Below, one piece after another: positions 27,609 to 35,071 of a stretch of 45,829 nucleotides of DNA. Location of the stretch: assembly GCA_002733385.1 (NCBI GenBank), contig NVVO01000008.1, forward strand, positions 13,686 through 59,514, given 5' to 3'. The position numbers and the translations under genes are program-made. The DNA comes from Robiginitomaculum sp. (lineage in GTDB: Bacteria; Pseudomonadota; Alphaproteobacteria; Caulobacterales; Maricaulaceae). How positions within the stretch are numbered: the stretch's first letter is position 1; every line of letters starts with the position of its first letter. Below the pieces are notes generated by a model. That model saw only the letters and a program-made list of their open reading frames with translations. It was not told the origin of the DNA and ran no database searches.

Positions 27609-29075
27609 TTAGAACACGATACGTAGCGTCGCTGAACCAATGTGTTGTGTTGTGTTGGAGCCAAACAGCCCTTTATATCCAAAATTTATGCTGGTATCTT
27701 GGCGTATGCCTATACTAATCCCCGGTTCTATCGTGAACATATCACTGTCTATCAAATCGAACTGGGCTCTTATGTCCGGCACCGTCGCCGCCAAATTATC
27801 TGCGAATAAAGCGTTTATTTGAAATTCATCACTAGATGTACTTTGCCAACCCAACCCGAGATGAGGGCGAACTTTAGCACTACCTGACCCGCTGTGCGTT
27901 TTACTGAAATCTACTTTAATATATACTACCGTGCTATTATCAGATGATTGTTGAGCGAAAACCGTCAATACATCTGCACCGGTTTCTTTAAGATCATCGA
28001 TTTCGGTTTTGACCGCGGCTACTGAGGCGGATGGTATAACTGTAATTCCGTTCATTTGCGTTTCATAACTTGCGCGCAACATTACGCTGGTGCTGGTGAC
28101 ATTAAATGGAGTTCTCGAGACCATTCCTCCCAGATTTGCATGTGTAATCCATAGCGCTCCGTCACTATTTGTGCGCGTATAACTTCCGGTCACTACGAAG
28201 GGGTCAAAGTTCCACCCCACAACACCGTTAAACGAAAATCTATCTCCGTCATCAATGGAACTGGTATTCATATAGTTTGTATTAAAACTGCCGGCTGAGA
28301 TACCACCTCCGAGCATCAATCCGCCTTTTAATTGAACCAATCCGCCGCCGAAATAACTTGTAGAATTTTCGTTTACGGCAATTGTGTTGAATTTGGAATC
28401 CGCATAACTACCGCCTACGAACAAACAGGCCTTGTTCCCCGAATTACCGCTGAGTTTTTTTATGAATCTATGATCGCATGACTGGGTAAGATCGGCAAAA
28501 GCAATATTTGCCATCAGGGTTCCGCTGAGGGGTTGAGCAAATTCATCAACTGAAGTGCGGTCAACCAGCATGACCGTCACCCCGTTCAAGATCGGGCTAA
28601 GAGCATTCCCGTCCGCATCAGCAAAGGCGAGGCCCGATAGTGAAAAATTTGCCGCTCCCACATTTTGCGCCAGAAACGTCAGTGACCCCAATGGGAGGGT
28701 ATTGCTTTGCGCGGAATTTAAGTTGGCGGCGCTCTCAAGAGAAACCTCAAAAATTCCCAATTGACCTAGCATCGTTGCATCGGTTCCAAATAGAGAATTT
28801 GCCGGATTTGCACTTAATGCAGGACCGAGACTGTTTCCGAGCAACGACACCAAATTGCTGTCAAACAAAAGTAAAAAGTCATAAGCCCCCAAAGACGGCA
28901 CCCCTGACGCTGTCAAATTCGAAATCAGTAGGGATAAGTCGAAAGTTGTTCCAACTCTGACATATTGTACCTGGGAGTCTAACGATATGGTTTGAGCATT
29001 TGCAGGTAAATATCCTATACAAGTCGAAATCGCCGTCGCAATTACAGCCTTTTTTATGAAATCCGGTTTTTTCAC
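27609..29075 (-). CDS. autotransporter outer-membrane protein with a cohesin-like passenger domain
   Basis: Signal peptide ...STCIGYLPANA/QT. Residues 31-174 or so fit the cohesin pattern (VRVGTTFDLSLLISNL..SLGAYDFLLLFDSNLVSLL ... LGSLTFLAQNVGAANFSLSGLAFADADGNAL). The C-terminal 300 aa or so have alternating beta-strand character and end GSATLRIVF (terminal aromatic), as in autotransporter beta-domains. The GTG at 29075 lies 6 nt from GGAGG. The track start is the GTG at 29081. Confidence 0.65.
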   Translation of the reverse strand: MKKPDFIKKAVIATAISTCIGYLPANAQTISLDSQVQYVRVGTTFDLSLLISNLTASGVPSLGAYDFLLLFDSNLVSLLGNSLGPALSANPANSLFGTDATMLGQLGIFEVSLESAANLNSAQSNTLPLGSLTFLAQNVGAANFSLSGLAFADADGNALSPILNGVTVMLVDRTSVDEFAQPLSGTLMANIAFADLTQSCDHRFIKKLSGNSGNKACLFVGGSYADSKFNTIAVNENSTSYFGGGLVQLKGGLMLGGGISAGSFNTNYMNTSSIDDGDRFSFNGVVGWNFDPFVVTGSYTRTNSDGALWITHANLGGMVSRTPFNVTSTSVMLRASYETQMNGITVIPSASVAAVKTEIDDLKETGADVLTVFAQQSSDNSTVVYIKVDFSKTHSGSGSAKVRPHLGLGWQSTSSDEFQINALFADNLAATVPDIRAQFDLIDSDMFTIEPGISIGIRQDTSINFGYKGLFGSNTTQHIGSATLRIVF

Positions 29076-29214
29076 AAACACCCTCCACCCATGGACGCAT
29101 TGTATTTACCGACGGGGTCAAAGTGAAGCGCCCTTCCAATTTGACATTTCTTCTCTTAACATAAACTCCATAAATTGCAAGCGGATTTACAAATTCTGTC
29201 ACCGAGAACTAGGC

Positions 29215-29650
29215 GGGAACGTGCCGGACGCAACCAAAAGAGGCGGCTTTCGCCAAAAGCTGGTTGCACATGATCTTTTGGAAATTTTACTGGGCGAGGT
29301 CAATCGCCAACTTGAACAAATGCACATCATCATGACTGAGGGGCGGGCAATATCATCGACGCCACATCAATTGAGGCGTCCTGGTCTGGCTCCGGCAAAG
29401 GCGCAGATGGCGGGCCCAGCCTTGATCCTGATGCAGGCTGGCACGTCAAGTCTACAGCAAAGGCAAGCGCAAACCCACCTATGGTTACTCTGTTCATACC
29501 GGGGCCAACGAAGATGGTTTCATCCATCGCCAGACCGTACTACAGGAAATGCCATGATAACAGCAAGCGCCATACGCTATTGCTGGGCGGCGAGGCCGGC
29601 CTATTACCCGATAAAACTGCTATACGGCGCTTAAAAAGGTCTTTTCTGAT
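29215..29650 (+). pseudogene. IS5-family DDE transposase fragment (truncated at both ends, at least 3 frameshifts)
   Basis: Three frames together give GNVPDATKRGGFRQKL..LLEILLGEVNRQLEQ.....EGRAI / IDATSIEASWSGSGKGADGGPSLDPDAGWHVK / GKRKPTYGYSVHTGANEDGFIHRQTV / HDNSKRHTLLLGGEAGLLPDKTA. This matches the IS5-type core (VPD.T..FR, G.I.DAT.I.A, DPDA.W..K, YGY..H, TTGNAHD, ADK.Y). There are no inverted repeats and no N- or C-terminal regions. Confidence 0.7.
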
Positions 29651-29655
29651 ACGAA

Positions 29656-29786
29656 AGTTTGACACATCTTGAACCACACTCTGTAAAAATAGCTAATAAA
29701 CATGAATAAATACAACAACTTAGAATATGGTCAATCTGCCTTCTAAGCAGGGGGTTGTAGGTTCGAGTCCTACCTAAATCGCCATT
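29656..29786 (+). repeat. att-like repeat copy 3: arm plus degenerate tRNA-Arg 3' half
   Basis: 29736-29786 reads ctgccttctaagcagggggttgtaggttcGagtcctaccTAaatcgccatt, with three mismatches to the tRNA. The arm 29656-29735 is homologous to 23686-23767. It abuts the metC stop codon. Confidence 0.75.
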
Positions 29787-30949
29787 TATTTTGAGACCTC
29801 AAGCAGTTCAAGGGCTTTGGCCCAATCGTTTTTCATATCTTCAATATCTTCCAAACCACAAGCGATGCGCACCAATGGACCGCCGAAACCGGGATCAAAA
29901 CTGCGGGTTAATTGCGGGTCACAATGTATGACCAGGCTCTCGAAACCGCCAAAGGAAAAACCTTTGGCAAAAAGTTTCAAACTGTCGAGCAAGCGCAATA
30001 CGTCTTTTTCGCTGCAAGGCTCAAACACAATGCTGAACAAACAGGCCGAGCCGGTAAAATCCCGCTTCCATAAGTCGTGATTGGGGTGGGAGCTTAGGGC
30101 AGGGTGGATCACCCGTTTTATCTTGTCGTGTTTTGCAAACCATTTGGCCAGTGCCAGCGCGGTTTGTTCTTGTTGGTTACAGCGCGTCACTAAAGTACGA
30201 AACCCGCGCAAGACCTGATAGGCATCATCTGGAGAGGTGGAATTACCCAAAGCTATGGCCGCTTTTTCCACTATCCGTGCCAATTTTTTTGTCCGCGATA
30301 TGACCGCGCCAAACAGGACATCACTGTGGCCGCCAAAATATTTGGTGGCGGCGTGAACGGAGATATCCGCACCCAGATCCAGCGGCGCATAGACCAATCC
30401 GGCTGACCATGTGTTGTCGACAATGGTGATGATATCACGGTCTTTCGCCGCTTTGACAATGGCTGGCAAATCCTGAATTTCCAAACTCAAAGAGCCAGGG
30501 CTTTCCAGCAATATGCAAGTCGTATTTTTGCGAAACAGGCTGGAAATATCTCCGCCAATATCCGGAGGGTAATATTGGGTTTCCACACCGAATTTCACCA
30601 GTAATGTATTGCAAAAATGGCGTACCGGGCCGTAGCTGCTGTCGGACACCAATATATGGTCGCCCGCTTTGACATTGGCCAAAATCGACAATGTGTTGGC
30701 GGACAGCCCGCTGGGGGTCAGTGTGCAGCCCGCACCATTTTCCAAAGCGCAAAACGCAACACTTAATGCATCATGTACGGGGGAGCCGTGACGACCATAA
30801 ATCCGGTGTTTGCCGTTATACAGATCGTCTGCTTTGTCAAATAGCAATGTCGAGGCCCGCATAATAGACGGGTTTACACTGGCGCCAGCCTTGATGTCTG
30901 GTCGTCCCACATGGGCAAATTGGGTGGATTTTTTCATAATGTCATCCAA
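29786..30949 (-). CDS. metC: cystathionine beta-lyase
   Basis: 387 aa. Cys/Met-metabolism PLP family with PLP-lysine motif HAATKYFGGHSDV, DNTWSAG and RIACGLEDIEDM. The length and termini look like MetC. Confidence 0.8.
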   Translation of the reverse strand: MDDIMKKSTQFAHVGRPDIKAGASVNPSIMRASTLLFDKADDLYNGKHRIYGRHGSPVHDALSVAFCALENGAGCTLTPSGLSANTLSILANVKAGDHILVSDSSYGPVRHFCNTLLVKFGVETQYYPPDIGGDISSLFRKNTTCILLESPGSLSLEIQDLPAIVKAAKDRDIITIVDNTWSAGLVYAPLDLGADISVHAATKYFGGHSDVLFGAVISRTKKLARIVEKAAIALGNSTSPDDAYQVLRGFRTLVTRCNQQEQTALALAKWFAKHDKIKRVIHPALSSHPNHDLWKRDFTGSACLFSIVFEPCSEKDVLRLLDSLKLFAKGFSFGGFESLVIHCDPQLTRSFDPGFGGPLVRIACGLEDIEDMKNDWAKALELLEVSK

Positions 30950-31929
30950 GGTGGAATGGGCAGGTTTTTTTCGCGCAAAAATGCCGGATTATAGAGCTTG
31001 GACTGATAGCGCGAACCGTAATCACACAACATGGTGACGATTGTTTGGCCCGGCCCCATATCTTTGGTCATGTCCCGGGCAAGTGCAATGGCGCCGGCAA
31101 TATTTATGCCGGACGAACCACCAAGACACATGCCTTCGTTTTCGGTTAAACCGTACAAAATTTCCAAGGCATCTGCATCTTCAATCCGGTAAGCCCGGTC
31201 AACAATTATGCCTTCAAGGTTGGCCGTAATACGGCCCTGACCAATGCCCTCGGTTATGGAGCCACCTTTGGTTTCTAGGACACCGTCTTGGTAATAGGAA
31301 TACAGCTTCGAACCACCGGGGTCGGCAATGCCGATTTGTATGTTAGGGTTTTTGTCTTTAAGCCCCAGTGACACACCGCCCAAAGTTCCGCCAGAACCAA
31401 CCGAACATATAAACCCGTCAACCTTGCCCTGTGTCTGGGCAAAAATTTCCTGGGCGGTGCCTTGTAAATGGGCGTCTCTATTGGCTGTATTGTCAAATTG
31501 GTTGGCCCACAGCGCGCTAGTTTTTTTTGCTAGTCTCCCGGAATAATGCACATAGTTTTCCGGGTTGGAATAGGGCACGGCGTCGACTTCAATCAGCTCC
31601 GCCCCCATCAGGCGGATGGCGTTTTTCTTCTCCTCGGATTGACTGCGCGGTATAACGATCTTGCATCTATACCCGAGCGCTGAACACACCATAGCAAGCC
31701 CGATGCCGGTGTTTCCTGCCGTGCCCTCCACAACCGTTCCGCCCGGCTTTAAAGTGCCCGCCGCCTCTGCGGCTCTTATGATATAAAGCGCGGCCCGATC
31801 TTTGACCGACTGGCCGGGATTGAGGAATTCCGCCTTGCCTAGAATTTCACAGCCCGTAATCTCGGAAGCTTTGTTCAAACGAATAAGCGGCGTATTGCCA
31901 ATCAGGTCGATTATGGTTTGGGCTGTCAT
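30934..31929 (-). CDS. cysteine synthase / cystathionine beta-synthase-like PLP enzyme (CysK family)
   Basis: 331 aa. LIGNTPLIRL, PLP-lysine in NPGQSVKDRAA, GTAGNTGIGLA and GSGGTLGG. It overlaps the metC start by 16 nt, so it is probably co-transcribed. Confidence 0.8.
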   Translation of the reverse strand: MTAQTIIDLIGNTPLIRLNKASEITGCEILGKAEFLNPGQSVKDRAALYIIRAAEAAGTLKPGGTVVEGTAGNTGIGLAMVCSALGYRCKIVIPRSQSEEKKNAIRLMGAELIEVDAVPYSNPENYVHYSGRLAKKTSALWANQFDNTANRDAHLQGTAQEIFAQTQGKVDGFICSVGSGGTLGGVSLGLKDKNPNIQIGIADPGGSKLYSYYQDGVLETKGGSITEGIGQGRITANLEGIIVDRAYRIEDADALEILYGLTENEGMCLGGSSGINIAGAIALARDMTKDMGPGQTIVTMLCDYGSRYQSKLYNPAFLREKNLPIPPWMTL

Positions 31930-32061
31930 CTTCGGCTCTCCTTGAATTCACAGGTAGAGTTTCCGCAGCCAATCTTCAAGTGGTTTTAAGCCCAATCACA
32001 AATGTTTGACTAAAAATTTTGCAAGTCCGTAAAACAAACCGGGATCTACGAACTAAACAAA

Positions 32062-34374
32062 TCACACCCGGCCATAGTTCAAGGCCGCGTCGCACAGGAG
32101 ATAGGCCCGGCCAGTTTCACTTTCGAGTTTTGTGCGGATAGCTTCGCGGCTGACACCCAATTGTTCAAGTGAGCGGTCAAAACGGGTCGCGAATTTGATG
32201 GTTTTCTCACTTAGATCATCATTAACCGCCAAAGATTTTACTAAATGTTCCACCGGATTTTTTAGTCGTGCCTTGACGCATTTACTCATGGCCTCATGAC
32301 CGCTTACGGCCCGGGCATTGCTGGCTTCGATGATGCAACCGTCGTCGACAACCGCATTTACCGATAATCCCAATTGGGCCAAATCAGCCAACAAAACATC
32401 ATCATCGCTTTTGCTTTGTGTTTCGGATACGGCTTTGGGTTTTGACGGGGCGACAATATCAAGACTGGAAGGGGTGTTAGCTTTCGCCTTTGATTTGAAA
32501 ATATTGCGAAACAATCCGCCTGATTTAGATTTGGTATTGCGCTCATTGTCAATTGGGACAGACCTTCGGATGGTTACATCAGCTATATCTGGCAAGTTTG
32601 ATGCTTGCGGCGAGTTTTGCGCGGGTGTTGGTACGTTTGCATCTAAGGCAGGCTCTTCATTTTCTCTCAAAGATGGTTCATTTTTTCTCAAAGAAGGCTC
32701 AGGCGGAATTCTTTCGACATTTTGCCGCAATATATCAGGATCAATCTGGCCATCCACGAGTTCAAGCGGTGCTTGCTCATCAGGCTTTGGAACAGTGGTG
32801 TCCTCGATCATGACATCAAGTTTCTCGGAAGCTGTCTTGGGGGTAGGGGAGAGTTTTCTGTCTTTATCTTCCTGAGTAATTTCAATGAGAGGCTTGAGCC
32901 TGAGCCTGGTGCGCCTCCCAGATTTAGGCCGCTTCTTTTTTCCGACATGACCGGGCGGGCTATTATCCGTATCCGTATCCGTATCCTTATCTTTCTCGCT
33001 TTCATCCGGAACAAGCTCTAAGGACCTAGGTTGTTTATTACCAATTCGGCTTTGCAGTCCGGCCATTTCTTGCTCAATACGGGCGATTTCCTTACGGGTT
33101 AACTCAAGACTGTCTTGCACACGTTGGGCCGCCATATCGCTGATGCTTTGGGCATGTTCCGTGGAATATTGCACCATATCGCGCATTTCTGCGAACCGGG
33201 CCTTGACGGCATTGTCCGCCAAAGATGCAGCCTCGGCCAAAGCTTCAATGGTTTGCTTGCCCGTGCGCGAGGCTTCCGTAAGGCTTTCTGCGCTGGCTTG
33301 GGCAGACAGGGACAAGTCGCGCATTTTGCTCAAACGCTCTTGCATGCTGGCCCCCAAGGATGTTTGCTCATCGCGCAAATGCTCTATCATGGCCGTCAGC
33401 TCACCGGCATGTTTTTTGTAAACAGTATCCAATTCCTCGGAGCGTTGGCGAATAATGTCCCCCAGGCTCTTGATATCTTCGTGGCTGGCACTGAGTGTCG
33501 AGGCGGCTTGAACCGTGTTGGAACGGACAATATCGGACGCTGAATTGATCTTGGCAGTGGCACCTTCGACGCTGATCCGGGCTTCCTTGATTTTTTGCTC
33601 GGCAATCTGCACGGCTTTGGCCAGATTGTCCGTGTGCATGGTCAAGGTGTTGGACAGGCTTTCCATGCTCAAGTCCAGGGTTTGTGTCATATCGATCAGG
33701 GTTTGTTTCTGGACATTGACGCTCTGATTAATGGTGGCAACGGTTTCGCGCACATCACTGTTTGCGGTTTGCATGGTTTCGGCCTGAATTTGCACAGCGT
33801 CGTCCATTGCACCGAGGCGCATAAGGGCGGTTTCAAGCCTGTTGTCCACATGGTCAATTTGCGCCGCAATGGTTTCCGCCATGATTTTACTCTTTCCAAT
33901 GACGGTTTTATCCGGCGTGGTCAGGGCGCTGGCCGCCAGATTAAGGGCATGTGCCTGGCTAGACAGTTTCGCCAATTGTTTGAGACAATATGCCGTCACA
34001 ATAATCAGCAAGATCGGGCCAAGCACCAACACTGCAATGGAGGCCCACTGTAAAGGTGTATTGGTTTGCCAACTATTGGCGACATCCAGAACAATAAACA
34101 ATAATGCACCAACAATGATCAACCACAACAAACTTGCACCAAGCACTGCCCGTTTAATCCAGCCAAAATCAGGGCCGTCGGGCATGGTGGCTTGCATAGG
34201 TTCTCTTTGTTGTGTTGGTATGGGTTTTAAAATATCTACCAGATCTAGGCTATCAATTTCTTTGTCAGGTGTTTTCGCTACATGTGCCCTGCTTATACTG
34301 CCTCTATCTTCAATGCTCCGGGCTTCAATGCCCCCGGCTTCAATACTGGTTATTTTGATTTTTCTATCGACCAC
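32062..34374 (-). CDS. membrane-anchored long coiled-coil protein
   Basis: 770-aa ORF with a GTG start that is uncertain. Two TM helices (LGASLLWLIIVGALLFIVL; IAVLVLGPILLIIVTAYCL) are followed by about 300 aa of heptad-like Ala/Gln/Glu-rich sequence, a charged disordered linker with DTDTDTD, and a compact C-terminal domain of about 110 aa. Confidence 0.6.
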   Translation of the reverse strand: MVDRKIKITSIEAGGIEARSIEDRGSISRAHVAKTPDKEIDSLDLVDILKPIPTQQREPMQATMPDGPDFGWIKRAVLGASLLWLIIVGALLFIVLDVANSWQTNTPLQWASIAVLVLGPILLIIVTAYCLKQLAKLSSQAHALNLAASALTTPDKTVIGKSKIMAETIAAQIDHVDNRLETALMRLGAMDDAVQIQAETMQTANSDVRETVATINQSVNVQKQTLIDMTQTLDLSMESLSNTLTMHTDNLAKAVQIAEQKIKEARISVEGATAKINSASDIVRSNTVQAASTLSASHEDIKSLGDIIRQRSEELDTVYKKHAGELTAMIEHLRDEQTSLGASMQERLSKMRDLSLSAQASAESLTEASRTGKQTIEALAEAASLADNAVKARFAEMRDMVQYSTEHAQSISDMAAQRVQDSLELTRKEIARIEQEMAGLQSRIGNKQPRSLELVPDESEKDKDTDTDTDNSPPGHVGKKKRPKSGRRTRLRLKPLIEITQEDKDRKLSPTPKTASEKLDVMIEDTTVPKPDEQAPLELVDGQIDPDILRQNVERIPPEPSLRKNEPSLRENEEPALDANVPTPAQNSPQASNLPDIADVTIRRSVPIDNERNTKSKSGGLFRNIFKSKAKANTPSSLDIVAPSKPKAVSETQSKSDDDVLLADLAQLGLSVNAVVDDGCIIEASNARAVSGHEAMSKCVKARLKNPVEHLVKSLAVNDDLSEKTIKFATRFDRSLEQLGVSREAIRTKLESETGRAYLLCDAALNYGRV

Positions 34375-34559
34375 TGTCTGCCCTTTATTGCTTAGCCCTA
34401 TCGCTTTATTTGGCTCGTTAAGGAAATAGTTGTGAGTTTATACTATATTGTGCGGCGCGGGAAAAGGTTAAACAATGTATTTAACCAGTCCCGGGTGAAA
34501 TTGCCAAGGTGTTAATGCCATGTGTTGATGGTGAGGCAAAAATGGACAGGGGGGGCCTT

Positions 34560-34796
34560 ATGGCCAAAATTAGCTTGCGTATTAGCGCAAAGGAACAATC
34601 TTATCTGCGTTTGGGGCTTAACCAGCCCGGCGGGAAATTGCCATTGTTCGATAAAAATGGACGGGAAATCAACCACCGGACCATATTGGCATGTATTGAA
34701 AAAGGTTATGTGGAAAAATGGTTCGCCAACCCGCTTAAACCGCAATGGCTTGTTTGCCGTTTGACCAATTCAGGACGCAAGGCGGCAAAAGTCTGA
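34560..34796 (+). CDS. small conserved hypothetical protein
   Basis: 78 aa from the ATG at 34560 (MAKISLRISAKEQSYLRLGLNQPGGKLPLFDK...), with a G-rich SD 5 nt upstream. The track ORF starts earlier, at 34509. Confidence 0.5.
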   Translation: MAKISLRISAKEQSYLRLGLNQPGGKLPLFDKNGREINHRTILACIEKGYVEKWFANPLKPQWLVCRLTNSGRKAAKV

Positions 34797-34799
34797 TAC

Positions 34800-34940
34800 T
34801 TAACCCAAAATACGTAAGATGACCGGTTTTTTTGGTTTTTCATCTTCGCTGTCATCGGATTTGGGTTGGGTTTTAAGACCGAGAAACATGAATGCCAGCA
34901 ACAAGGTTACGCTGAGCAACCATTTTATAAACTTATCCAT
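34800..34940 (-). CDS. possible 46-aa single-pass membrane peptide (below the ORF-track cutoff)
   Basis: Hand translation gives MDKFIKWLLSVTLLLAFMFLGLKTQPKSDDSEDEKPKKPVILRILG*. AGGGGA lies 5 nt upstream of the ATG at 34940. Hydrophobic N-terminal helix and charged tail. Confidence 0.3.
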   Translation of the reverse strand: MDKFIKWLLSVTLLLAFMFLGLKTQPKSDDSEDEKPKKPVILRILG

Positions 34941-35071
34941 AATTTCCCCTCATCAATTTCGCATAACCAAAGTGCATGATTACGGTACATGTCGTATATA
35001 GTGTGTGTTCAGTCAGTAATCAAGTTGGCACATCGTCGATTATTAGTGATTTTGGTGAATTCTTGTTAAGG

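Larger units (their letters stand above)
23831..29786. mobile_element. islet 2: about 6-kb tRNA-Arg-associated integrated remnant with no integrase
   Basis: Lies between repeat copy 2 and a third, slightly degenerate copy of the tRNA 3' half (29736-29786, 3 mismatches). It contains the four-gene cohesin/dockerin operon and an IS5 transposase fragment. The region looks AT-richer by eye than its flanks. Confidence 0.6.

Noticed and set aside
29056-29634. A 192-aa plus-strand ORF, apparently intact, at the end of islet 2.
   Set aside because: Its 5' part is antisense to the start of the autotransporter gene. Its 3' part is one frame of a frameshifted IS5 transposase. Transposase similarity jumps between three frames, so this is a pseudogene fragment, not a gene.
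31930-32061. A possible SAM-II/SAM-V-type riboswitch in the 130-nt leader of the cysK-like/metC operon.
   Set aside because: I could not fit the pseudoknot consensus by eye. It would need a covariance-model scan (Rfam SAM-II and SAM-V). There is no support from the sequence alone.
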